A stretch of 64,000 nt of DNA, taken from the NCBI GenBank assembly GCA_030704615.1, contig CM060734.1:2666001-2730000 (forward strand), written 5' to 3'. Below the pieces are notes generated by a model. That model had not been told where the DNA came from, ran no database searches, and saw nothing but the letters and a program-made list of their open reading frames with translations. This document shows, piece by piece, positions 39,420 through 52,343 of this stretch. Positions within the stretch are counted from its first letter, which is position 1. Each line of letters opens with the position of its first letter. A program made the position numbers and the translations under genes. Source of the DNA: Takakia lepidozioides. Taxonomy: Eukaryota; Plantae; Bryophyta.

Positions 39420-40530
39420 TTGACTAAGAGCTACTTCGCCTCGCGGCTAATGCCTCCTTTGGGGGGTGGGCCTTACAAAGAAAACAGGTGTCCAGGGGAC
39501 ACCGGATAACCAGGGGGTAGCGGTACCTAGGGTACCCTAGGGAACCTGGGGTATCGAAGAGGGATTGGATTCGAGTTGTCGTTAGTTGTGAGGGAACGAA
39601 GCGCGGTGAGGTGTATAGCTTAAAGCATTTGTGGATCGGGGGATAAGGATATGAAGGTTTTTGTGCAGAGCGGTTATACTGGCGTTATGGATACCACCTC
39701 TAGTACCGGCTATGATGACTGATAGGGGTCCGATGTGCCAACCGTGCTGGCGGATAGCGAGGATGAGGGGGGCATGTTTTTGTCGTTTGTCTAAGGTGGA
39801 GGAGGCTAGGTATCGGTCACGACAGTATGTGAATTCAACAAAGTGAATGATGGGATTCGGGGATGGAGAAGTGGGTAGGGGGGCATTGATGGGTAAATCT
39901 TGGACAAGTAGGATGTCAGGGCAGAGTCGGGAGGGGGCAGGTGCAGGGTGAACGTAGACAAATACACGGGAGGAGCCAGTGGGGGACAGGGGGTCTGCCT
40001 TGGTTGATGAGTGAGAACCATCTGGTTTCAAGGTGGTTCATGAGAAGTTTATGAATGTGCTAGACTGCGTGGTTACGGCGAGTAATGCGGAGGCCATGTA
40101 TAATGGGGTGAGTACACTGACTGAGAAGGTGGGGCCAGGTGTCGTGTTCTTGATGTGTATGTGAGCATAGTGGGCAGTTGGGGGATGGAAATAGGCGTGG
40201 CCAGAAAATGTGCTTGCGTTAGTGGCCCATGCATTGAGCGTAACGGAATTTGAGTGTTTGTTGGATTTGCGCGTCAATGACAGCCTTGGTGTGCCAGAAG
40301 TAATTTGATAACTTATGGTGAAGCACAGTTGTGTCCATTTTTGGATATGGACCTTGGTGTGGCTAGTAGATGCTAGGGCTTGTTTATTTGCTTCACGGGT
40401 GAGGATGGTCTGCAGGTTACGTATTGGCCTGGTAATCGGGGGTTCTGGGACGGGATGTATTAGCCAAAATGGGTGGGTATGAGCAATATGAATAGGGTCG
40501 ACCATGGGTGGAGATGCTGATATGTTCTAG
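39420..40530 (-). mobile_element. 3' fragment of a restriction-like-endonuclease LINE (Dualen/RandI-like)
   Basis: Across frames: LKFRYAQ, CPLC...DTWPHLLSQC zinc knuckle, RRNHAV (RHN motif), PDILLV...HFVEFTYCRD...DKRQKHAPL...GW...VIIAGTRGGIH, a PD-(D/E)xK-type RLE. Confidence 0.75.
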
Positions 40531-41409
40531 CTGCGGCTGGTGTCAATAATCTTCTTGATCTACTTTGGAGGAAAGCTCGTGCCTTCGCAACAAACCTGCT
40601 ACTATCCACTTCTTCAGGATAATGATTGGACAGAGTATGATGAAAGATCTTCTTGGTAGAGAATGAAGCAAATGTTCTAAATGTTTGGAATGGACGATCA
40701 TTTTTTATATTGGAGTGAGTGGGAGGGTTCATTTTGCACCTTCATTTTTATTGGAAGTTCTTTGTGGTAGATATTGTCTATGTGCTTGTGTTTACGAGAG
40801 AGCATAGCCTCCATTCAATGATTGAAAAGGGAGCACCATGTGCAAAAGAGGTTAAAAGCATGCATACTTGTTGTTATTGGCCCACTTTTTGTAGGGCGGA
40901 GGTCGCCATGCTTATAATTGCTCACAATGCTCTTTGGTGACAGCTCAGGGACAACCTTTCTTTTAAGGTATTTATTGGCTTTGTCCCTTCGGGGCAAAGA
41001 CTTTGCATCATGTTGAAGTCAATGGAGAAAATGTGGTCAACAGACCTTAACACCGTGTCAAGAGTATGATTGGTCTAAAAAAACTCTTATGTATAAACCA
41101 CGTGGCAACTTGTCAAAATGAACAGAGCCTCTCGCGGTTTGCGGCTTGTTTACATTGTGGCACGAGTGGCATCCACGAGAACCTTAGAGGAGCCGTATGG
41201 CGCTAGTACAAAATACAGAGTCGAAACATGTGGGGGTAATATGAGATGTTGAATGGGTGTTGGGCGAATGAACCCAAAACATAGTCAGAAGGTCCTAAAC
41301 TTGCTGACATGTGTCCTTTCATCCCCAAAAAATGGAATAAGTGACCTCTACCACCCTTTTTATTTTCATCCTCCTCTGCAGTCACCCTTTTGCCCTTCTC
41401 CGCGGCCAC

Positions 41410-41528
41410 CTTTTTTATATTTTTGAACTTTATCATCCAAACCACCTTACTATCGAAAAAATACTGAGGTATTGGGATTTGAACATCCAATGAACATCAA
41501 TGGAGTCCTCTACCGCTAAGTCAACCAT
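41410..41528 (-). mobile_element. tRNA-derived SINE remnant
   Basis: On the minus strand: A box tgacttagcggtaga and B box gttcaaatccc at tRNA-like spacing, followed by a short body and an A-rich tail. Confidence 0.55.
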
Positions 41529-41579
41529 ACACGCCATGCTTAATTTCTACTGCAAATTCTATGTATATAGAGTATTTAC

Positions 41580-42042
41580 CAGTGTTGGTATGGTATCACG
41601 TTTAGGACATACCAAACTGGTCAGTTTCATACCGGTCTTGCCTATATAATGGTGGATGTAATTTTTCTAGATACTGATATGAGTATGAGTATCATGACCA
41701 CAATACCCGCTGGTATGATATACCAATTTTGGTATCATTCCAAAGCCATCTTGACTTACAAGTTTATCAAATATCAAGTGAAAACAAATACAATAAATAT
41801 AAAGTAAATATAAATAAGTACATATATGTACACATAAATTAGTATAGTAGACATACCAAAGTAGATGAGGAAGACGGCGGGGGGTATTGGTATTGTGGCT
41901 GGTATGAGAAAATGGATACCAGCCTGGTCTGGTATGTGACCTGGTATTCTCCCAACTAATACCAGACTGGTCCGGTATCTAATACCAGTGCATATACCGG
42001 TGCATATACTAGTCCTTCACCTATATACCAAACCCAACACTT
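41580..42042. mobile_element. hAT-type MITE
   Basis: TIRs cagtgttggtatggtat / ataccaaacccaacact, a perfect 8-bp TSD GTATTTAC (41572-41579 and 42043-42050), and dense internal ggtat/atacc motifs. Confidence 0.9.
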
Positions 42043-43532
42043 GTATTTACATATATATGTATACAGGAAAATGGGCTGCATAGCTGGCTCCACGTCCTCC
42101 CACCCACTCGGAATGGGGCGATGTCCTGCAGATAGTCGGTGGGATCTGGCTCATCGGTTATAAAATGCCTCCGTTCAATATGGCGACAGGTGCCTCCCTC
42201 TTACAGCCCCTATGGCGAATGATGGGCCCACCAAATCGGTTTTTGTCGGAATCCTTGAATTTTTAAACCTCATTTCCCTTAGCCCCTGTCGCCAAGACCC
42301 GCGCGAGGTCGCGAGGTCGATGACCTTTTACACAAACATATTTTAACGTCTCCAAATCTGAAAATCAAGGGTCTGGTTGTGGAAGACACCATTTCTAGCA
42401 TCTGGCCGCTCAACCACTCCAGTTCATTCAACCCTCTCTCCTGCCACATGTCTCTCGACAACCAGTCCGAAGAATTTTGTTTCAAGCTGGCCCCTTTTGG
42501 CTTCGGGGCATCCCATGGGGCGAATCTCCCTCACGGTCGCCTTCTCATTCAGTACCTTAGATGTGATGCCTTGGCTGATGGATTGGGTGCAAAGTCCAAC
42601 ACAGATGTTAGTGTTGTTTTCCATGCAGTACTTGGTGGAGAGAGTCCCAACCCTACATTTTGAAGACCGTGCTCATGTACTGTGCGCCGCTGGAGATGCT
42701 CTAAAGGAGCCCAGCCACATGGTACACAATCCTATGTTGCCATGGATGACACTGTCACCAAGCAGTTTGCATGACTTAGTACATGGATGAATATAGGAAG
42801 AAAAGTGGACGGAAACCGGTGCCGGTATTGGAGATAGGCCTCAGTCCAATACGTACTTTCCTCGTACATTCAGACATTTTTTCAATTAAAAAAAATAAAC
42901 CGAAGGAATTCCATGACAGACTACAAGTATCAATGATTGAAGATGCCATCATTAACTGTTGTCCCCACATGAATGAGAACGGACACGAATACATGAATAC
43001 CGTTGCCATTATTTATCACAAAGATTACCAAACGGATTCATTTCAACTTTCGTTCAGAAACCGATTTCTCGTATATCTGCACAGTTAATGGTGGAGGGCA
43101 GCTAGGTCATGAGCCCAGCCCCATGAGCCTGGGAGCTTGGCTCACGTTTCAGGCACTAAGTGTGAGCCTAGGCTCACGCTTGGTAAGTGTGAGCCTAGGG
43201 TTTAGGGTCTATTAGAAACATCACCTATTCCCGTGGAACAGGGGGCCTATTCCCGCTGGAACAGACAACATCTTGAACTGCACAGCACAATATGAGAATG
43301 CAGGAGCACTTTTGCGGCAGGAACGACAGCACAATCCATGCATATGCAATGAAAGGAGATGACCATGCAATACATGAGTTGCATAGGACCGGCACAGGAG
43401 TGAGTGATTGAATGAAGACATGCACTGAATTACGAGTATGTTTTTGCTTCATTGTTACTCAATTTCCGCGCAAAGTATGACATGCAAACAAGCACCAAGG
43501 GGCATTGCACCAAACACTCTCCATGATTCTAC

Positions 43533-46076
43533 TTAACCGGTCTCGGACCTGTCACGTTGCAGAAGAGTACGGACTTCACCAGGTGATAGCGTGGCCTGGT
43601 GAATGTATTGGTCTCTTTTGGGGTCACAACACATCCTGTGCACAAAAAATGTAGTATAGGTGCTTGCATGGAACCCACTTCCCCTTCCTTCCCAGGCTGC
43701 CCTCACGCATGAAAACAAAATCCGGACAAGTGCATTCCGGGCACGTGCCAATCGTAACCTGATACGCCTTATCCTGAAGAAGCGAGCCCGAAGTGACCAT
43801 TGTGTAGACACGACCAAATCCGGCGCGGGGGGGGGGGGGGGCTTCCATGGTAGATGTCACCCTTGCCTACAAGATTCTGGCTGACTCAACCTTGCAGTCG
43901 TGTTCCGCACCTGACTGCACACGCCGCACAGTCTTCCCATTCCTTTTGGTGGGGTGAGAATCAACCGAAGGTGGGACCCCTGCAAACGAAGTGAAAGTGG
44001 ATGCAGGGCCAGTTGTAGGAAGAATTGGACAGCGTGCCAGTCGGAATCCGTGGTCCTCCAACATGGCAATCTCCAGTGTTGAGAGGGAGGTTCCCATCTT
44101 CACTGGCCAGACAGTTGGTGGGGGCGGCTTCATTGTCACGGACTCCCGCACAGTTCCCTTCACACAGATCTCAATATCATCAGGGCAGAACCAGAATTTA
44201 TGAACTTTGGACTCTTTTGCCATATAAGGTCTAATCAAACCTGTGAATACAGGAGCAGGAGTTCCACGAGAGCCTTTGCTGATTTGGATTTTGCATTTTG
44301 CATAAGTCTTTGCCCGGATTGCAGTACATTTCACCTTCGAACTGCTCGGAGCACGATCGATGTGCCAGTCGCTATCATCACAGTCAGTCTCCTGCACAGG
44401 CAGATCCACGTCCGAGGAACCACCTGGAACCGGCAAGGTGACAGGCGATTGGGAGGGCTCCCATGAAGAAGACGCTACACCAAATGTCTCACCGCTTGAA
44501 CCTCCCTGCATTGGAGACAATCGGGGCACGGAGAAATTCATCTGTCGTGGCGATGGGAATCCCTATCTGCACCTGGAGGGGTGTCAAGCTTGCGTTTACA
44601 TGTTCCAAAACCTCTCCTCCCCTTTCAAGTGAGGAACCCTTGATTGCAGTGGAGACCCCACTGTGCACTTGTTGAGTGCATGTGCCATCTTACTCGGATC
44701 ACCCGATCTCTTGGCGGCCCTCAGCATCAATTCAATGGTGTCTGGGCCTTTCCCTCCTGGGCCCGTCCCCTTAGAAAATCTTGATATCTGGTTTGTTGGC
44801 AAAGTGCTCGAACCATATCGTCCATTGTGGCAGCACACAAATCCCTGCCTGTTTTCCCGGACTACGCCTTCCAGACATTGTGTACCGATTCCGCCAAATT
44901 GCAGGATGGCATGTCCGCCATATCTTCAAGTGACATGTCCTTCAAAACAACACCAAACAATGAATGTATGGAAGTGGAACTGCTGCACAGAAGCAGAAGG
45001 TGAAGAATTGCAACAACAGCAATCGTTCAATGTGGTTGAAGAGAGCTCACCGTTGTCATGAAAGCTCCCCATTGTCTGTAGCGGAAATGCCAGAAGACAA
45101 TCCAATCATCCAATTCTTTCTGGAAGTCTTCACTTGCAGCCCTAGATGACACCCACCAAGCCCTGATCACGGCGTACCTGCTATCAGCCTCAGCCAGAGT
45201 TTTGGCGTTCTTGTACAGATGACACAGCCTCCTATGCTCTGTTTGCAGATCAGGTCGTATGCACCTCTTTGTGTGCTTCTCCAAAGATTGAGTCCAGTGG
45301 AAAAGGCAAGTGCGCTCCCTGTTGGCCATTGGCATCTTCGGATCCCCCGAACCGAAAACTCGCCTAACCGCATTCCAGTTTGTCTGCGCACTATCAGCCA
45401 TGAACCCTGCGAAATTTGTGTCCGCAACACCATTGGCCCTCATGACAGATTTCAAGCAGTTCCACATTATCATTTGAGACTCCGTGTCCTCAGACTGCAT
45501 GTCACATATGGCAATGGACATGAGGAGCTGATAGACTAGATCATAGAGATGGCATGCCATGGTCGTCCAATTCTTTACTCGTTTGCAGTGGTCAAACATC
45601 AACCACGCCTTCGCCAAATCTCCACCAGGCTGCATACGCTCGACAAGGGTGACACCGCTCCCCTGACCAACTGTAGACATTTTGAACAAGTACACCTTGG
45701 TCGATCCTTGTCCTAGGAAGACACTATCCTGAATGAAGTCGTACCAACTTCGACGTTTCAGGTCCAGAATGTTGTCCATGCAACCTCTGTTACCCAGACC
45801 CATTCTCAATGCATTCACTGCTTCAAGCGAACTCCCTTCCAGTTTCACACAGGACTGATCTTCCCCCGTCAGGATGTGCTTGATAGGAAATGTTTTGCTG
45901 GCGGCAAACGCAATCGCAGACGGTTTTGCAAAGGGAGTGTTGTAGAATTCCTCCGTCAGAAGGGCCTTTGAAACGTCGATGCTTTCTCTACATCCCCCTT
46001 TCGACAGTGGATGCTCATGACTTCCAATATGTATGTAGCCACGGGTCATCGTCTTGCAGTGGTGTGTCACATAATA
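43533..46076 (-). mobile_element. Mutator-like transposase (end of GCM/WRKY-type finger, DDE, SWIM), copy A, decayed and 5'-truncated by a chromovirus LTR
   Basis: YIHIGSHEHP; WLMFDH (D1); FMADSA (D2); TCLFHW (CxxH); an intron at ~45048-44941; CNLAESVHN (E); SWIM CTCPDF...PCKHLYYIF (ORF 43624-43860). Confidence 0.85.
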
Positions 46077-47676
46077 TGTCACGCACCTCACTTCGGTAAA
46101 CCCCCCCCCCCCTCAAGTTATAGATACTCGCTTGATGCGCGCGCCTAACTCCCAACCTGGCCGCCGGGCCAACTTGGAGCTTCGGCTGCTCACCGGGGCA
46201 TAATGGTCCCCCTTTGATCTCCCAAAGAACCCTCCAACGATTTGGAACCAGCGGAATTCCCTTTGGTAGTTGGCAATCCGGAACAGCTCCCCACTCTTTG
46301 GTCGCTTTCCGGCTCGCTCGCTTACTCACTAGTTTTTGGTCACCAACGGGCTTGCACCGTTCTCGGGGTTACTACTCCCTATATATACTTCTGTAGCTAT
46401 CCGCGGGGGTTTCACAAACAACCATGCCATTTTATGGCGAACCACCACGAACACCCTCGACTCCCAGTGATGAGTCACAGTGAGTCTTGGCCCACCCACC
46501 ACGGCCCCTATGGACCGTGATGAGTCCCAAGACTCCCCACAACTCCCACCACGAGGTCTCCGCCCCAGGGTGAGTCCTAAGCCACCCCCACTAAGTCCCG
46601 CTAAGCTACCACCACCCCTTGTGGAGCCACCCCCACCACAACCCGGTGTGCGGGGCTCCACCTAGTGAGCGCCTCCGCCTCCTTGAGTGCCTTGGGCACT
46701 CAAGGTGCTTCAGCCCCCCATACCTATCACTGCCACTGCCCCCACCACAGGGGCAGCCCCTCTTGTGTCCCGACCCCCTTCCCTCAAGGCAAAGGGCCGC
46801 GACACACACCCCTACCAACAGGGAGTCGATGTCCTCATCGGCTTGTCCATTTTGAGGAAACGAACATCCACGTTGTGGCGTCCCACATCAAGGAGTTTGT
46901 TTCCGTACCATGGCGTCCCATGGCAAAGAACCAAACCCCACACTTGACTCTACTCTCCACTAGCTAGTTCGGCCGACTTCCTCCAAGTCCCGGCCAAGGG
47001 TGGAACCTCTCAAGCTCCTCCCAGTGCACTCTTCTTGGCCTACTTCAAGGCCAAGGAACGATCCTCCCCGAGGATCGAATCGCCTTACTGCAACAACATT
47101 GCTTGCAACTGCTCATGATGCCGCTTTTGGCATCACCTTGAGCAAGGGTTCACCTCGAACCCTCTTTGACTAGGAAGATAACCTTGAACCAACCGCGCAC
47201 CCCAATCACTACAATTGGGTCCGCCTTGGAATGTTGGCCTGAGGTACGGGAACACGCCGAAGCCGCACTACGACTTCGTCCCGAGGCTACACGATTATAG
47301 TACGTGAACGGAAGCACGTAGCTTCCGCGTTAGCCCGCACTACAAAGCAACCCCCTCGGTAGCGCAGTTATAGTATGCGCACGCGTCAGGTGCGCACTAG
47401 CACGTGAACTCCTAAAAAAGGCGCAAGTTTCCTTGCCCCTTGGATGGGAATCACCCGATTTTGGCACTGCGCAAACACACGATTAACCCAATTTACCTCT
47501 CCCACTTTTGTAAGCTAGCATGCATTCTACACACTAGCCAACCACACCATGCATCACCATTCCAAACAAAATAGGAAGCACAACATTTGGAACCCATTTC
47601 CTTTATAACAAATTTTTGTACAATACAAGTTTTTGCAATCGGATTCCTAAGCTAGCTAAACCGGGCTAAGCATGCA
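46077..47676 (-). repeat. 3' LTR (~1.6 kb) of the chromovirus
   Basis: Starts tgcatgc just after the polypurine tract gtgggggaggaaa (47689-47677) and ends gcgtgaca at 46077 (TG...CA with a short inverted repeat). Confidence 0.8.
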
Positions 47677-50045
47677 TTTCCTCCCCCACGCTCCAAGGTT
47701 GATGTCCCCATCAACGCTTCTTCCGCTTTTGAGGTCGCCCTTCGAAAACTGCAACCGCCTCGGATGCGTTTCCCATTTGAGGCACGCACCCAAGATGCCT
47801 CCACATGATGATAGCCCTTCCATTTGACGAGATACTCCGTTTCTCAGTTCTTGAACCTCCTCGACTTAAGTACTGCCTCCACCTCGTACTCAGGTTCATT
47901 TTCATGATCCAACAGCACAGGTGGCGGACGCAACACTTGATGCCGATTCGGACGCGCTTCATCTTTGAAGTAAGGCTTCAAAAGGGAGACGTGGAATACT
48001 GGATGCACCTTGTTGTTTGTCGGCAGCTCCAAATCATTAACATCCTCATTCATAACCTTCCGGATGCGAAAGGGTCCGGCATACGGAGGTACGAACTTTG
48101 GATTCACTTCCGGAGGTAGTCGGAAATTCTTGATGTTCAACCAGACCTCCGTGCCTGCCTCAAACTTCACTTCCCTCCGCTTCCGATTCGCATGCCTTTC
48201 ATACCGTTTCCTAGCTTTGGCAATGTTGTACTTTGCGAGCTTCAACAATCGCTCGCGTTCTTCCAGTACCGCCGCTATTGCCGGTTCCTCAACGTCCTGG
48301 GCGGCCCAACTTGTCGGCACCAGAGGTGCTTTTCCATAGACCAATACAAAAGGGGAAACTCCCGTTGCGGAGTATTCTGTGTTATTATAACAGAACTCTG
48401 CTGCGTCTAAGTGTTCCACCCAGTCTGTTTGGTCTGCCGACACGTAATTCCGCAAGATCTGCTTCACTACGGAATTCACTCTTTCTGTTTGGCCGTCGGT
48501 CGTAGGTCGGAAGGCGGTGCTCATCTTCAGCCTCGTTCCCATCTTCTTCCAAAGTGCCCTCCAAAATTTACTCGTAAACTTTGGATCGCGGTCCGAGACA
48601 ATATCCTTCGGGACTCCATGATGCTTTAAGACGTGGGCGAAGTAAAGTCGTCATGTTTCCTGCGCCGTTGTCGTCTCCTTGGTGGGGATGAAATGGCCCA
48701 TTTTACTGAACCTATCCACCACCACCATGATTGCATCGAATCCTTTTGACAGTGGCATAGCAGTCATGAAATCCATCGAGACGCTTTCCCAAGTCCCCTC
48801 TGGAATCGGCAAGGGTTGTAACAGCCCCACTTGCTTTTTGTACTCGCTCCGGTTTTGTTGGCATGTGGTGCATGTCTTGACATACTCCTCTGCCTCCTCC
48901 CTCAGTTTGGGCCAGAAATACTCTTTTTTCAAGAGTGCCGCAGTGCGCTTGGCTCTGTCGTGGCCCGCAAGCGGGCTATCATGGCATTCTCTCAAGAGGC
49001 TATCTCTGATCCCTCCCTTCGGCACGTGGAGACGCTTTTGCTTATACCGGAGCAGTCCATTTTGCAAGTGGAACTGCGATTTAACCCCCATCCTCAAGTC
49101 CTGCATCACGGACTTCGCCAACTCATCCTTTCGGCAAGCCTTCCGGATCTTCCTTTGGAGCGCCGTCTCGCCCCTGTACACCAACATGAGCTGCTGCTTT
49201 CTACTTAAAGCATCGGCCACCACGTTGTCCCGTCCCGGTTTGTACTGGATATCCACGTCGAACACCGCCAAAGTATCTTGCCACCTAAGTTGTTTTGGGG
49301 ACAACTTGGGCTGCGTGGCAAAATATTTCACCGTGACATTGTCCGCGAACACCTTCACTGGGTTGGAACCAACATAGTGGCGCCAAAGCTCAAGACAGTG
49401 CACCACCGCTTTCATCTCTTTCTCGTGCGTCGGCCACCGTCGCTCCACTTCAGTCAGTTTCTTACTTTCGTAAGCCACTAGACGTCCATCTTGCATCAGT
49501 ACACCCCCAATCGCAAAGTCCGACGCATCTGTATGAATCTCGAACGGACGATCGAACTCCGGGATTTTCAAGACTGGAGCTTCCGCCATCCGCTGCTTCA
49601 ATTCAGCAAAAACTTGGCCACAAAAGGTGTTCCATGCCCAGACTTTGGATTTATACAAAAGGTCTGACAGCGGCTCCGCGATCTTGGCGAAATTTCTCAC
49701 ATACTTCCGGTAATAGGAGGCGAGTCCTAGGAAGGATCGCACTCCCGGGACCGAAGTCGGAGGCTCCCAGTCCAAGATTGCCCTCACCTTCCTGTCATCC
49801 ATTCTGATCCCATCCTGTGTAATCACATGCCCCAAGAACTCCACTTTTGTGACCCCGAATTCGCACTTTGAAGCTTTGGCATACAGCTTCCCTTCCCGCA
49901 ATTTCTAGAACACCCTTTTGAGGTGCTCCAGGTGCTCCTTCTTTGTTTTCGAATACACCAAGATGTCGTCGATGTACACGATCACAAAGTCAACCAACCA
50001 CTCCTGGAAAAGGCTGTTCATCAGCGTGCTAAAGGTCGCGGGAGC
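46077..50045 (-). mobile_element. Ty3/gypsy chromovirus, 5'-truncated (RT end, RNase H, integrase, chromodomain)
   Basis: VYIDDIL; TDASDFAIGGVL; VADALSR; H-H-C-C zinc finger; SVSMDF; TDGQTER; GPFRI; chromodomain EYEVEAVL...YLVKWKG (~47890-47740). Confidence 0.95.
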
Positions 50046-52343
50046 TAGGCTTGCCCAGCTAGAGCAATGTCTTGTTACCATGGCCACTACTCATGTTATG
50101 CCAGCTCCATGGCTTGAGGTTCAAGCCCCACCTGCACAACCTCTTATGCCTAGGGAAGACCAGATTGGTATGGGCTTCATGTGTGGAGCTGCACTTGTAG
50201 GACCATTGTTGTGGACTCTGCAGCTGCTGTCACTCGAGCAGCAACGCGTGCTCCTGAGCCAAGAGGAGCGGATGTGGATTTTGATCCACAAAGAGGGGAA
50301 ACAAGTCGGCAGACAAGGCTTCCACAGTCTTTCACATTGGCTGAGACAGTGCCAACTATGCCATCGATGGCACCCGCTTGCCCAAGTGTGTCAGAGGTAG
50401 AGCCACGAGTGCCATTGGGGAGAGTTGGTATGGCTCGGGAAATGCCAGTGGGTGGTACTACAAAGCAAGGTGCAGCCAGTACATTGTTGGGGGCGGCTAC
50501 GGCAATTTGCCAAGCTTCATTGTTTTCTGCCACGACAATTGCAATGTCGGGGATGTGGCCAGCTGCAGTGTTTAGACTGGCAGCTGCACTCTGTGAGAGT
50601 GGTGATGCATCGGCACTATCTGCGGGGATAGCAGATAAGATGCAATGCATGAATGCCCTAGATTCAAGGGTGAAGATAGCCACAACTGCGCCATGGCAAG
50701 CGGCAGCTGCAAGGTTGCAGGAGTTGCTAGCTATGCTAGCCATTGAGCGCAGTATGGTGACTCCTGGGGTAGTCCAGGTGGACAATTAGGACGGTGTGTT
50801 TCAGTTGGGTGGCCCAGCCGGGGGGAGGTATAGGCCACTGCGAGTCTTGTTGGACTCAGGAGCACAGCCATTGATGTTGGGAAGAGCAGCAATTGTAGGC
50901 TTGGGTCTTACAGAGGCGGATTTGGAGCCTTGCCCTTTCCAAATTCAAACATCTTTGGGTGGTTCAGAGAAGGCACGAGGGATTACACGCCATGAGCTCT
51001 TCATTCGATTGCAGCCGGATCATCCTACGGACGGCTCAGTCATGAGAGCTAAAGCCATTGTTACGGACGCAATGTCCTATGATGTGCTTGTTGGTGGGGC
51101 TGTGTTGTACCCCATGGGATTTACTTTGGACTTTTGGGAGGAAACGGCATCCTACAGGCCAGAATGGCAGTCAGGAGATGGCCGACGTGCACTGCTCCCA
51201 GTGCGGTTTATTGGGAATGTAGCGGTGGATCATAGGAACATGATGCCCACATTGGTTGCATTCTCAGGGGTGGTGGCTTAGGGTGGTGAGCTCTTTGAGG
51301 GAATAGCCATGCAGATGATAGGCCATCACCTGATGAAGACAAACAATTGGCATACAAGGCTGATTTGCTTCCTCATGTGCCTGTGCATATTCCACTGTGG
51401 GGTACGGTTGGGAACTTGCATCGAGTAGCAGGCGAGTGTGTGCACCAAGCATGGCAGGAGGCATTTCCATTGGTGAGTGAGGGGAGTTCAATGACATCAC
51501 CCGGACCTCCTGAGTTAGCTCCTTTGGACACAGTGCCCATTACCTGGCAACCACCTGACTCAGGGATTTGTTTGCTAGACTTGTTTGGAGGCATGAGCTA
51601 GTATTCCCCCAGTATTCCCCTTGTATTCCCCTTAGGAATAGCCATTTCCCCCTCATAGAGTAGTTCATTTCCCCCTAGGTTTTAGCCACTTCCCCCTCTA
51701 TTTCCTTGAGGTTTAGCCTTACCAAGCTAGGGTTTGTGCTCCTTGGGGCTCTATGCTTAATCCCCTCAATCATCCATGAATTCTATGGGGTACCAAGGCA
51801 AATTCCCTTGATCTTCTTCACCTTAAGCTACTCAAGTTTGTCTCCAACTCAACTAGCAATGCATTGGCCACACACAACAAGCTCAATTTCTCATTGGAAC
51901 TCCAAATCAAGCTTGTACCTCCTTTGGCAAGCCACCAAGATCACCAACCATTGAAGTGGTTGATGGAGTCAGACAAGTTTACAGGGAAGCTTGCACGGTG
52001 GGCACTTATGCTTCAAGAGTACGACTTCCAGGTGGTGCATCGAGCCGGTATTGTCAATCGGGATGCAGATGGATTGAGTCGTAATCCATGCACGAGCGAG
52101 CATGATGATACTGGAGCTCGGTGGCATGGTGAGACAGATGAGGAGATGGTGCCAGGATGGCATGCATTTGCCTTTTTGTGCATCCTAGCAATGGGAGCTC
52201 AAGCTAGTCCATCCCATAGCATTGGTCAAGTAGATGGTGTGCATGACGATCCGGAGATCAGTGAGGAGCTTGGTGGTGCTAAGGATGTGCATGAAGATGC
52301 AGTAGTGTTGGCCTACCTTCGTACATGAGAGACAACAGCCAGT

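Noticed and set aside
42064-42280. Small MITE with AGG(G)AAAATG termini
   Set aside because: The inverted repeat is short and imperfect with no clear TSD, so it is not supportable.
43100-43212. Interstitial telomere
   Set aside because: Only about two TTTAGGG-like units occur, within gagcctagg repeats.
50177-50785. Minus-strand 202-aa ORF and similar antisense ORFs such as 48679-49377
   Set aside because: These are shadows of retroelement coding frames on the opposite strand.
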